Source: Callorhinchus milii
Lineage: Eukaryota
Assembly (NCBI RefSeq): GCF_018977255.1
Contig: NW_024705351.1
Location: 1-52,272 of the forward strand
DNA length: 52,272 bases
Reading direction: 5' to 3'
Under the pieces are notes generated by a model. The model was not told the DNA's origin. It saw only the letters and a program-made list of their open reading frames with translations, and made no database searches. How positions within the stretch are numbered: the stretch's first letter is position 1; each line of letters starts with the position of its first letter. The position numbers and the translations under genes are program-made. Shown in pieces: positions 1 through 11,029 of the stretch.

Positions 1-334
1 CCGTTGGAGAGGACACGGTCATCACCCCGAAACAAGCATGAGAAGATCAGCAAAATAGGGAAGTGAAATCAAAAGGTGAAAACAAAGTGCTGCAATGAGT
101 CCTGAAAAAAATGCATCTTTCGAACCTATGCAGGTGGATCCTGAGAGATGCGTGGATGTAGTGGATGTAATGAGTCCTGACGACAATTCCTTTTCGACCC
201 CATGCAGTTGGATCCTGCGAGATGGCTGGATGTACTGAGCCCTGACGCCAATTCTTTTCGACCCCATGCAGGTTGATAATGAGAAATGGCTGCTGGAGTG
301 GCTGGATAATCAAAGTATTGAGTACTTCTGTTAA
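1..334 (+). CDS. 3' end of ZF gene copy 1 (type A tail), truncated by window edge, with small indels
   Basis: Matches 5378-5716 ([15 protein letters not shown]...SIEYFC*) apart from single-base losses in homopolymer runs. Confidence 0.8.
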
Positions 335-964
335 AGTCCTGGAATGTGCACGTTTGTGTCTCTGTTAGATCAATTTATTAGGTGCAATTGATTATATCAG
401 TGATTTCCAGCACTACTCCAAGCTAGTGTAATTACTTTAACAAAACCGTTTGATTGCTCTGGTGTTGGAAGCATTTTCACGGTCAGCAACACTTCACAGG
501 CATCATCAAACAAAGAGTAAAAATGTTGTCATGAGTCCTAAACGAAATTCCTCTTTCGACCCCATGCAGTTGCATCCTGAGAGATGGACTTCAAGCTAGA
601 GTGATGTTGTGAATGCTCTATAATGTGTTCAGATGAATGTCTTCCTTTTAAGTTCCAGAAGTGTTCACTGATTTCAGAATGACAACAATTTTATACTTTG
701 GACGAATGGCTTCAGTCGAAAAGGACGTCAAAGGGGAAATCGACGTTTACGTGTTTGATTTTAAGAATATCTTTTAACTGTTGAATTCCTATTGGGAAAT
801 AATTTGCCTAGTTCCTTTCCTGTTTGAGCCTGCGTATTAATAAAGATTTCGATACGAGTATTAACGTGAGTTTTCTTGCAGATTAATAAAGACCTGATTT
901 GTTTTTAAAGATGACTAATCGTACGTTATTGCTACCATAGTTTTCCTTTAAAAAAACACGGACG

Positions 965-1725
965 AGTAGACATACACACACGAGTGTGCATCCAAACACG
1001 ACTGTATATACAGCGTTGTGCATTCACACACGAGTGTGCATGTGTTTCTACGAGTTTTAACGTTAATATACTTGCAGAACAATAAAGACCTGCTATGTTA
1101 AAGATGACTGATCGTCCCTTATTGCTACAATGTTCATAGCGAACACGTGTGGAGGCGAGTTTCAGGTGAAGCATCTCCATCACACAAGTTTACCCTTACC
1201 TGGCAGCATCGTGGCAGTCCGCTGGTCACACTCACTACGTCACACTCATGACGTCACACTCATGACGTCACACTCACGAGCTGTAGGGGCGGGGCTCTGT
1301 CTGCTCAGTGGCGCTGTTTTCATTCATTTAGCACCACGAGCGGGGAGTCTCATTCCTATCACATTGCCCCTAAATTCTTTGTACGACACAATATAAAAAT
1401 AATTTGTTTGTTCCAATGCATAATCATACACGAGTACACATATACACTCCCATGTACACAGACCCACACACGAGTGGACATACACAGCGCTGTAGATACA
1501 TACACACACGGGTGCACATGCATACAAGTGCGCATGCACACACGAGTGTACATACACAGCAGTGTACGTACAAAGGGATTGCGTTCTACTACACGAACAA
1601 ATGTGCGAACAAATGATTGTACATACCTATACACACCATTCACGCATGTACATATCCACATCAACGAGTGTAAATAAACACACGAGTGGACATACACAGA
1701 AGTACAGATCCATGTACATACAAAC
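965..1725 (+). repeat. CA/TA-rich low-complexity region with recurrent ACACGAGT motif (shorter version in all units)
   Basis: ACACGAGT at ~978, 1028, 1428, 1468, 1540, 1680 in a CATACACAC background. Confidence 0.7.
1224..1295 (+). promoter_or_regulatory. 14-bp tandem repeat with two CRE palindromes followed by a GC box
   Basis: GTCACACTCA core x4, TGACGTCA at 1249 and 1263, GGGGCGGGGC at 1286. Confidence 0.4.
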
Positions 1726-2505
1726 AGTAGTATACTTGGATAGCGGGGTTTTGTGATTATTTTCACAGGTTAAGCTGACGATATGGATTTTAGATGCCCC
1801 ACAACAATTATTAACAATATTAGGAATATTGGCCTCATATTTAATGAGTGTATTGAAGTCATAGGTTGCCATTGCTACGGCACACTGGTTCGGATTATTC
1901 TTCCCATTTATGAAATCTCGCTAGAATCATTTGCATTTTATTCATGAACTTATTTGCATTCAATTGCTATTCACGGTACTAAAGCTCCTCATATCTAGCA
2001 ACATACCTAAGCTTTGTGCTTAAGCCTATGTAGGAATATGCTGAATCATCGTTCGCTTCCGTTTGAATACGGATGGGCATCTCCTTGAATAATTATGTGC
2101 ATGTTGTTAGTTTGCACATTTACAATGGCCTGTAAGCTGTAATCAATTTATCGGCTTTATCTGTGAAAATAAGTATAAAATGTTGCAATGCTGATAGAGA
2201 TATACTAAGAGGTGCATGCTTTATTGCGTGGTGACTAGGTTTCATGGATATTTTTGAGGACTCTTGTTGATGAAGGTGTGTCTAGACAACGAAGGTTATT
2301 TGTTATATTCGATCAGTTAAAAAGTGTTACCATTGCTGTTTTTTTACCCATCTGGATGGTTAATTTTTTTATCGTTGTTTGTTATTTTGTAACGCAACCA
2401 TTATTACATTTCAGTCTATAGCATAAAGTGTCTTGTGTATTTTCACTGCTGTGCATTAACAGTGCTGTGTGTATGTATGCGTGTATATATTTTGCACGTG
2501 TTTTC

Positions 2506-3263
2506 ATGGTAAATGCATTGCATGTGGAGAAGTTACCAGCCCTTCGCACCTGTCCAGAGACCTCGTGGGCCGCTGTGGTGGCTACGAGCCTTCCCTCCAG
2601 GACATTGCTCACATCCACCACAGCGTTACCGTCCGGCATCGCCGATGAGGTAGGGGGGTTGTTTTTACAGAACTTTACTCATGTGTAGGGGAATCCCAAA
2701 CAACAGGGAGAGCAGCTCTTCTTCTGAACAAATTAATGAAGGAGCATAGAACCGTCACGGTGAGCTGTGGGAAGCTGTATGCCCCAGGCATGGAGTGGTG
2801 GTTGTTCCTTCCTGCACTGAAGGTGAACATCAGTGTAGAAATGCAGGCAAGGCTGATTAGTCATATGCCTTTCATAATATCCAGTATTTGAATCACACTG
2901 GGCTCGAATGCATACATTTTGTATGTAGCTATATTGGTACCAGATATGCGAGCTGCGGGATTTAAATTGCATTATAATCACTAGTATCACATTGTGGTCG
3001 TATTAGAATCACACTATCCACTGCTGTATCTGCCCTCTCAATGGATTCGTATATACATATGTACAGAGTATGATTATTTGAAGTTTATGTATTGATTCTT
3101 TAAATGTTGATTTCCTGAAAGCTTCCGCGGTGCCGGCCGGTAACGCTGCGGTGGATGTGAGCAATGTCCTGGAGGGAAGTCTCGTAGCCACCACAGAGGC
3201 CCACGAGGTCTCTGGACGGGTGCGAGGCGCTGGTAACCTCTCCATAGTCAATGCAATTATCAT
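2506..3263. repeat. Diverged ~137-bp inverted repeat pair with ~485-bp spacer (possible MITE/foldback relic)
   Basis: 2506-2642 is the reverse complement of 3127-3263 with scattered mismatches. Confidence 0.85.
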
Positions 3264-3429
3264 AAAAAAAAAATATTAAACACATACACACGAGTTTAAC
3301 ACGTAGGATTTCGGGACCAATATCATCCATAATAGAGGTTGTTAGGTTAGATCGCTGAAGTATATAAATGTGTCTTTAAAATAAAAACATTAAATAAATG
3401 CATGCCGACAAATGGCAGCATACTTCAAT

Positions 3430-3765
3430 AGAGCGCAGCTGCGTGGACAACACATCTATGCTTCTATATAAGCAACTAAACAGTGAGACTTCCCAAATCT
3501 GATTACTTCAGACCGCATTTCCCTGGTAACGGCTTTGAACTGGAAGCAGTTTGCAGCACATTGCAGGGTGAATATTAGCAAATTATTTTAATAAACACAA
3601 TAGACAGGAAGGACAAGTTTTAAAGGGCTCGCATAATGCACACGCGTAATGTGCATTGCCTCAATAATCCCACCCCCCCCCCCACATTGTGCAAGAGCGC
3701 AGCTGCGTGGTCAACATATCAATGCTTCTATGTAAGGAACGCAACAGTGAGACTTCCCAAATCTG
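3430..3765 (+). repeat. 72-bp direct repeat pair (single copy in unit 2)
   Basis: AGAGCGCAGCTGCGTGG...GAGACTTCCCAAATCTG at 3430-3501 and 3694-3765. Occurs once at ~8915-8986. Confidence 0.85.
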
Positions 3766-3773
3766 GCTGTCGA

Positions 3774-3808
3774 CTGATGAAGCTAGTTTTAATTGCAGGC
3801 GAAACGTC
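3774..3808 (+). ncRNA. Minimal type I hammerhead ribozyme-like motif (possibly degenerate)
   Basis: CTGATGA-20 nt-GAAAC-GTC core order. Stem II is imperfect, and AATCTG/CAGATT flanks could pair. Confidence 0.5.
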
Positions 3809-4402
3809 GTACTCAGATTGTAAATGTTGTGACTTGGCTCTCCAACACACCGGTGTGCTGTGCTAGTGACACATTTGCATGTTCTGTTTACGTGACAATC
3901 CTTACTAGTTGGCTGTGTCGGGTGGTGGCGGGTTTCAACGAAACATTTATATATTTAGGCAATCTTTCAGATGATCATTCAAAGTTCATGGCAGAAATTA
4001 TAATATAAAACACTCGTTTTCTAGAAGCACCCCGCTCAACACGATTGTCCTTAAATATATTTATAAAACAAAGTCAGTACAGTATAAACTTGCACATCTT
4101 ATTCTAAATCAATCTCGAGATCACCAATTTTTGATATTTCAGACTGTATGTCGCTTTATAATCCTCTAAACTTGCAGCAGTTTAGAGGACATTGGGGGTG
4201 AATATTAGCAAATTAACACGAATCACGGAATTATGCATGGAGATGCACATCCTTATTCAAACGGAAGTACAATTATGCAGTGAGATGTACATACGTATTA
4301 TGTTGCTAGATATGCGGATTGTTAATGCAAAAAATTACAATTGAATGCAAAGTCCATGAAGACCAAGTTCGAGAACAAAAGATTTGGATGCTAGAGCGAA
4401 GT

Positions 4403-4438
4403 TATAAGGGGCTTAAAATCAGACCTCAAGGTCATTTC
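4403..4438 (+). promoter_or_regulatory. TATA box plus initiator (type A copy)
   Basis: TATAAGG at 4403 and TCATTTC with its A at 4434, 31 bp downstream, which is canonical TATA-Inr spacing. Confidence 0.55.
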
Positions 4439-4812
4439 GAGAGGGATTTTGCTGAGGATAGACGCTCGACTCCCCGCTCTGCAGATAACCCTTCTTCCAC
4501 GAGACCCAGCCTGGCGAGCACGATTGCTTGGCGACTGGTTGGCGACTTCGCTTCGGGAGAGTTCGTGGCGATCTCTTCAGACGGGTTACAGGGACATCGA
4601 TATGCGGTGCATCAACAAGTAAGTGTCTTTGTTAGTGGATAAACTGGTAAACGCGTGTGTAGTCCGACTTAGGAGACGTTACTGTGTCTCAGTTAGACGT
4701 TGGTAAGAGTTTGCTTCTTGGCGATTTAAGCCAGACATCCACGCACCTTAGAGGTCGCCTTTAACTCTCAACAACACCCGCGACTGTTACTCTGCTCTGA
4801 AGAATCAGTCAC

Positions 4813-5716
4813 ATGGAGCGGAAAAACTCTCCACAGCGGCACGCACACACGGGCGAGAAGCGGTTCAATTGCTCTCTTTGTGGGAAGGCATTTGCAGATT
4901 CATCAAATCGTAACCGTCACCAGAAAACACACACGGGCGAAAAGCCATTCAATTGCTCTGTTTGTGAGAAGTCATTTTCACAGAAATCAAATCTTCACAC
5001 TCACCAAAAAACAACTCGGGTGAGAAGCCATTCGATTGCTCTGTGTGTGGGAAGGCATTTTCACTGAAACAAATCTTCACACTCACCAGAAAACACACTC
5101 AGGTGAGAAGCCATTCAGTTGCTCTGTGTGTGGGAAGGCATTTTCACAGAAATCAACTCTTCACAGTCACCAAAAAACACACACGGGTGAGAAGCCATTC
5201 CATTGCGCTGTGTGTGGGAAGTCATTTTCACAGAAATCAAATCTTCACACTCACCAGAAAACACACACGGGTGAGAAGCCATTCAATTGTTCTGTGTGTG
5301 GGAAGGCATTTTCACAGAAATCAACTCTTAACAATCACCAGAAAACACACACGGACGAGAAGCTATTCAATTGTTCTCCGTTGGAGAGGACACGGTCATC
5401 ACCCCGAAACAAGCATGAGAAGATCAGCAAAAATAGGGAAGTGAAATCAAAAAGTGAAAAACAAAGTGCTGCAATGAGTCCTGAAAAAAATGCATCTATC
5501 GAACCTATGCAGGAGGATCCTGAGAGATGCGTGGATGTAGTGGATGTAATGAGTCCTGACGACAATTCCTTTTTCGACCCCATGCAGTTGGATCCTGCGA
5601 GATGGCTGGATGTACTGAGCCCTGACGCCAATTCTTTTTTCGACCCCATGCAGGTTGATAATGAGAAATGGCTGCTGGAGTGGCTGGATAATCAAAGTAT
5701 TGAGTACTTCTGTTAA
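4813..5716 (+). CDS. C2H2 ZF gene copy 2, type A, 6 fingers plus acidic repeat tail (frameshifts near 5010-5070)
   Basis: ORFs 4813..5067 and 5036..5716. CxxC-x12-HxxxH fingers with HTGEKPF linkers. Helices DSSNRNR, QKSNLHT, (LKSNLHT after frameshift repair), [21 protein letters not shown]. Confidence 0.85.
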
Positions 5717-7195
5717 AGTCCTGGAATGTGCACGTTTGTGTCTCTGTTAGATCAATGTATTAGGTGCAATTGATTATATCAGTGATTTCCAGCACTACTC
5801 CAAGCTAGTGTAATTATTTTAACAAAACTGTTTGATTGCTCTGAGTGTTGGAAGCATTTTCACGGTCAGCAACACTTCACAGGCATCATCAAACAAAGAG
5901 TAAAAATGTTGTCATGAGTCCTAAACGAAATTCCTCTTTCGACCCCATGCAGTTGCATCCTGAGAGAGCTAGAGTGATGTTGTGAATGCTCTATAATGTG
6001 TTCAGATGAATGTTTCCTTTTAAGTTCCAGAAGTATTCACTGATTTCAGAATGACAACAATTTTATACTTTGGACGAATGGCTTCAGTCGAAAAGGACGT
6101 CAAAGGGGAAATCGACGTTTACGTGTTTGATTTTAAGAATATCTTTTAACTGTTGAATTCCTATTGGAAATAATTTGCCTAGTTCCTTTCCTGTTTGAGC
6201 CTGCGTATTAATAAAGATTTCGATACGAGTATTAACGTGAGTTTTCTTGCATATTAATAAAGACCTGATTTGTTTTTAAAGATGACTGATCGTACGTTAT
6301 TGCAACCATATTTTCCTTTAAAAAAACACGGACGAGGAGACATACACACACGAGTGTGCATCCAAACACGACTGTATATACAGCGGTGTGCATTCACACA
6401 CGAGTGTGCATGTGTTTCTACGAGTTTTAACGTTAATATACTTGCAGAACAATAAAGACCTGCTATGTTAAAGATGACTGATCGTCCCTTATTGCTACAA
6501 TGTTCATAGCGAACACGTGTGGAGGCGAGTTTCAGGTGAAGCATCTCCATCACACAAGTTTACCCTTACCTGGGCAGCATCGTGGCAGTCCGCTGGTCAC
6601 ACTCACTACGTCACACTCACGAGCTGTAGGGGCGGGGCTCTGTCTGCTCAGTGGCGCTGTTTTCATTCATTTAGCACCACGAGCGGGGAGTCTCATTCCT
6701 ATCACATTGCCGCTAAATTCTTTGTACGACACAATATAAAAATAATTTGTTCGTTCGAATATGCACAATCATACACGAGTACACATATACACTCCATATA
6801 CACAGACCCACACACGAGTGGACATACACAGCGCTGTAGAAACATACACGAATGTGCATACACACTGCTTCATACATACACACACGGGTGCACATGCATA
6901 CAAGTGCGCATGCACACACGAGTGTACATACACAGCAGTGTACGTACAAAGGGATTACGTTCTACTACACGAACAAATGTGCGAACAAATGATTGTACAT
7001 ACCTATACACCCAAATTCACGCATGTACATATCCACATCAACGAGTGTAAATAAACACACGAGTGGACATACACAGAAGTACAGATCCATGTACATACAA
7101 ACAGTAGTATACTTGGATAGCGGGGTTTTGTGATTATTTTCACAGGTTAAGCTGACGATATGGATTTTAGATGCCCCACAACAATTATTAACAAT

Positions 7196-7290
7196 TTTTT
7201 TTACATTTAAAGCTTTCGTGACTGCAGGGATTCATCTTCTTGGTTCTTTCGGTAAAGTCACGTGACTTTACCGAAAGAACCAAGAAGATG
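7196..7290 (-). mobile_element. 95-bp palindromic insertion with 13-bp TSD (Penelope-like pLTR end fragment)
   Basis: AATTATTAACAAT flanks both sides (7183-7195, 7291-7303) and occurs once at the empty site in unit 1 (~1807). Perfect spacerless 64-bp palindrome at 7230-7293. Same sequence as the end of the element at 43821. Confidence 0.8.
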
Positions 7291-7990
7291 AATTATTAAC
7301 AATATTAGGAATATTGGCCTCATATTTAATGAGTGTATTGAAGTCATAGGTTGCCATTGCTACGGCACACTGGTTCGGATTATTCTTCCCATTTATGAAA
7401 TCTCGCTAGAATCATTTGCATTTTATTCATGAACTTATTTGCATTCAATTGCTATTCACGGTACTAAAGCTCCTCATATCTAGCAACATACCTAAGCTTT
7501 GTGCTTAAGCCTAAGTAGGAATATGCTGAATCATCGTTCGCTTCCGTTTGAATACGGATGGGCATCTCCTTGAATAATTATGTGCATGTTGTTAGTTTGC
7601 ACATTTACAATGGCCTGTAAGCTGTAATCAATTTATCGGCTTTATCTGTGAAAATAAGTATAAAATGTTGCAATGCTGATAGAGATATACTAAGAGGTGC
7701 ATGCTTTATTGCGTGGTGACTAGGTTTCATGGATATTTTTGAGGACTCTTGTTGATGAAGGTGTGTCTAGACAACGAAGGTTATTTGTTATATTCGATCA
7801 GTTAAAAAGTGTTACCATTGCTGTTTTTTTACCCATCTGGATGGTTAATTTTTTTATCGTTGTTTGTTATTTTGTAACGCAACCATTATTACATTTCAGT
7901 CTATAGCATAAAGTGTCTTGTGTATTTTCACTGCTGTGCATTAACAGTGCTGTGTGTATGTATGCGTGTATATATTTTGCACGTGTTTTC

Positions 7991-8748
7991 ATGGTAAATG
8001 CATTGCATGTGGAGAAGTTACCAGCCCTTCGCACCTGTCCAGAGACCTCGTGGGCCGCTGTGGTGGCTACGAGCCTTCCCTCCAGGACATTGCTCACATC
8101 CACCACAGCGTTACCGTCCGGCATCGCCGATGAGGTAGGGGGGTTGTTTTTACAGAACTTTACTCGTGTGTAGGGGAATCCCAAACAACAGGGAGAGCAG
8201 CTCTTCTTCTGAACAAATTAATGAAGGAGCATAGAACCGTCACGGTGAGCTGTGGGAAGCTGTATGCCCCAGGCATGGAGTGGTGGTTGTTCCTTCCTGC
8301 ACTGAAGGTGAACATCAGTGTAGAAATGCAGGCAAGGCTGATTAGTCATATGCCTTTCATAATATCCAGTATTTGAATCACACTGGGCTCGAATGCATAC
8401 ATTTTGTATGTAGCTATAATGGTACCAGATATGCGAGCTGCGGGATTTAAATTGCATTATAATCACTAGTATCACATTGTGGTCGTATTAGAATCACACT
8501 ATCCACTGCTGTATCTGCCCTCTCAATGGATTCGTATATACATATGTACAGAGTATGATTATTTGAAGTTTATGTATTGATTCTTTAAATGTTGATTTCC
8601 TGAAAGCTTCCGCGGTGCCGGCCGGTAACGCTGCGGTGGATGTGAGCAATGTCCTGGAGGGAAGTCTCGTAGCCACCACAGAGGCCCACGAGGTCTCTGG
8701 ACGGGTGCGAGGCGCTGGTAACCTCTCCATAGTCAATGCAATTATCAT
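7991..8748. repeat. Same inverted repeat pair in the second long unit
   Basis: 7991-8127 versus 8612-8748. Confidence 0.85.
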
Positions 8749-8994
8749 TAAAAAAAAAATATTAAACACATACACACGAGTTTAACACGTAGGATTTCGG
8801 GACCAATATCATCCATAATAGAGGTTGTTAGGTTAGATCGCTGAAGTATATAAATGTGTCTTTAAAATAAAACATTAAATAAATGCATGCCGACAAATGG
8901 CAGCATACTTCAATAGAGCGCAGCTGCGTGGACAACACATCTATGCTTCTATATAAGCAACTAAACAGTGAGACTTCCCAAATCTGATTGTCGA

Positions 8995-9029
8995 CTGATG
9001 AAGCTAGTTTGAATTACAGGCGAAACGTC
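8995..9029 (+). ncRNA. Hammerhead-like motif, second long unit
   Basis: CTGATGAAGCTAGTTTGAATTACAGGCGAAACGTC. Confidence 0.5.
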
Positions 9030-10050
9030 GTACTCAGAATGTAAATGTTGTGGCTTGGCTCTCCAACACACCGGTGTGCTGTACTAGTGACACATTTGCA
9101 TGTTCTGTTTACGTGACAACCCTAACTAGTTGGCTTTGTCGGGTGGTGGCGGGTTTCAACGACACATTTGTATTTTTAAGCGTTCTAACCCAAAAAACCT
9201 TTAATGTGGACATGATAATAAACCACGCTTACAAGCTAAACCATTCAGATGATTATTAAAAGTTCATGGCAGAATTTTTAACATAAAACACTCGTTTTCT
9301 AGAAGCACCCCGCTCAACACGATTGTCCTTAAATATATTTATAAAACAAAGTCAGTACAGTATAAACTTGCACATCTTATTCCAAATCAAGCTCGAGATC
9401 ACCAATTTTGATACTTCAGACTGTATGTCACTTTATCATCCTCTAAACTTGCAGCAGTTTAGAGGACATTGGGGGTGAATATTAGCAAATTAACACGAAT
9501 CATGGAATTATGCATAGAGATGCACATCCGTATTCAAACGGAAGTGTACAATTATTCAGTGATATGTACATACGTATTATGTTGCTAGATATGCGGATTG
9601 TTAATGTAAAAATTAACAATTGAATGCAAAGTCCATAATAGGCCAAGTCGAGAACAAAGAATTTGGATGCTAGAGCGGAATTATAAAGGGCTTAAAATCA
9701 GACCTCAAGGGCATTTCGAGAGGGATTTTGATGAGCATAGACGCTCGACTCCCCGCTCTGCAGATAACCCTTCTTCCACGAGACCCAGCCTGGCGAGCAC
9801 GATTGCTTGGCGACTGGTTGGGGACTTTGCTTCGGGAGAGTTCGTGGCGATCTCTTCAGACGGGTTACAGGGACATCGATACGCCGTGCATCAACAAGTA
9901 AGTGTCTTTGTTAGTGGATAAACTGGTAATCGCGTGTGTATTCCGACTTCCGAGACGTTACTGTGACTCGGTTAAACGTTAGTGAGAGTTGTTTTTTGGC
10001 GATTTGAGCCAGACATCCACGAAGTTTCTCTGCTCTGAAAAATCAGTCAC

Positions 10051-11029
10051 ATGGAGCAGAAAAACTCTCCACAGCGGCACGCACACACGGGTAAGAAGCC
10101 ATTCAATTGCGCTGTGTGCGGGAAGGCATTTGCAGATTCATCAACTCTTCGCAATCACCAAAAACACACTCGGGTGAGAAGCCATTCAATTGCTCTGTTT
10201 GTGTGAAGGCATTTGCCCGTAAAGCAGATCTTCACACTCACCAAAAACACACACGGGCGAGAAGCCGTTCAATTGCGCTGTGTGCTGGAAGGCATTTGCA
10301 CGGAAATCAGATCTTCACAAGCACCAGAAAACACACACGGGCGAGAAGCCGTTCAATTGCTCTGTGTGTGGGAAGTCATTTGCAGATTCATCAACTCATC
10401 ACAAGCACCAGAAAACACACACGGGCGAGAAGCCGTTCAATTGCTCTGTGTGCGGGAAGTCATTTGCAGATTCATCAACTCTTCGCAATCACCAAAAAAC
10501 ACACTCGGGTGAGAAGCCATTCAATTGCTCTGTTTGTGTGAAGGCATTTGCCCGTAAAGCAGATCTTCACACTCACCAAAAAACACACACGGGCGAGAAG
10601 CCGTTCAATTGCTCTCTGTGTGGGAAGCCATTTTCACGGAAATCAAATCTTCATCGTCACCAGGAAACACACACGGACGATAAGCCATTCAATTGTTCTC
10701 CGTTGGAGAGGACACGGTCATCACCCCGAAACAAGCATAAGAAGATCCGCAATGATAGGAAAGTGAAATCAAAAGGAGAAATACAGAGTGCTGCAATGAG
10801 TCCTGAAAAAAATGCATCTTTCGAACCTATGCAGGTGGATCCTGAGAGATGCATGGATGTAATGAGTCCTGACGACAATTCCTATTTCGACCCCATGCAG
10901 TTGGATCCTGCGAGATGGCTGGATGTACTGAGCCCTGACGACAATTCCTATTTCGACCCCATGCAGGTTGATAATGAGAAATGGCTGCTGGAGTGGCTGG
11001 ATAATCAAAGTACTGAGAACTTCTGTTAA
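10051..11029 (+). CDS. C2H2 ZF gene copy 3, type B, 7 fingers (A-run frameshifts)
   Basis: ATG at 10051. ORF 10280..11029 matches the intact copy at 30942. Confidence 0.85.

Noticed and set aside
1338-4479. 12-bp inverted match GAGCGGGGAGTC (1338-1349) / GACTCCCCGCTC (4468-4479), and a CTCF-like look at CCACGAGCGGGGAG
   Set aside because: A 12-bp match is near chance expectation for a multi-kb unit, and the CTCF resemblance has mismatches at core positions.
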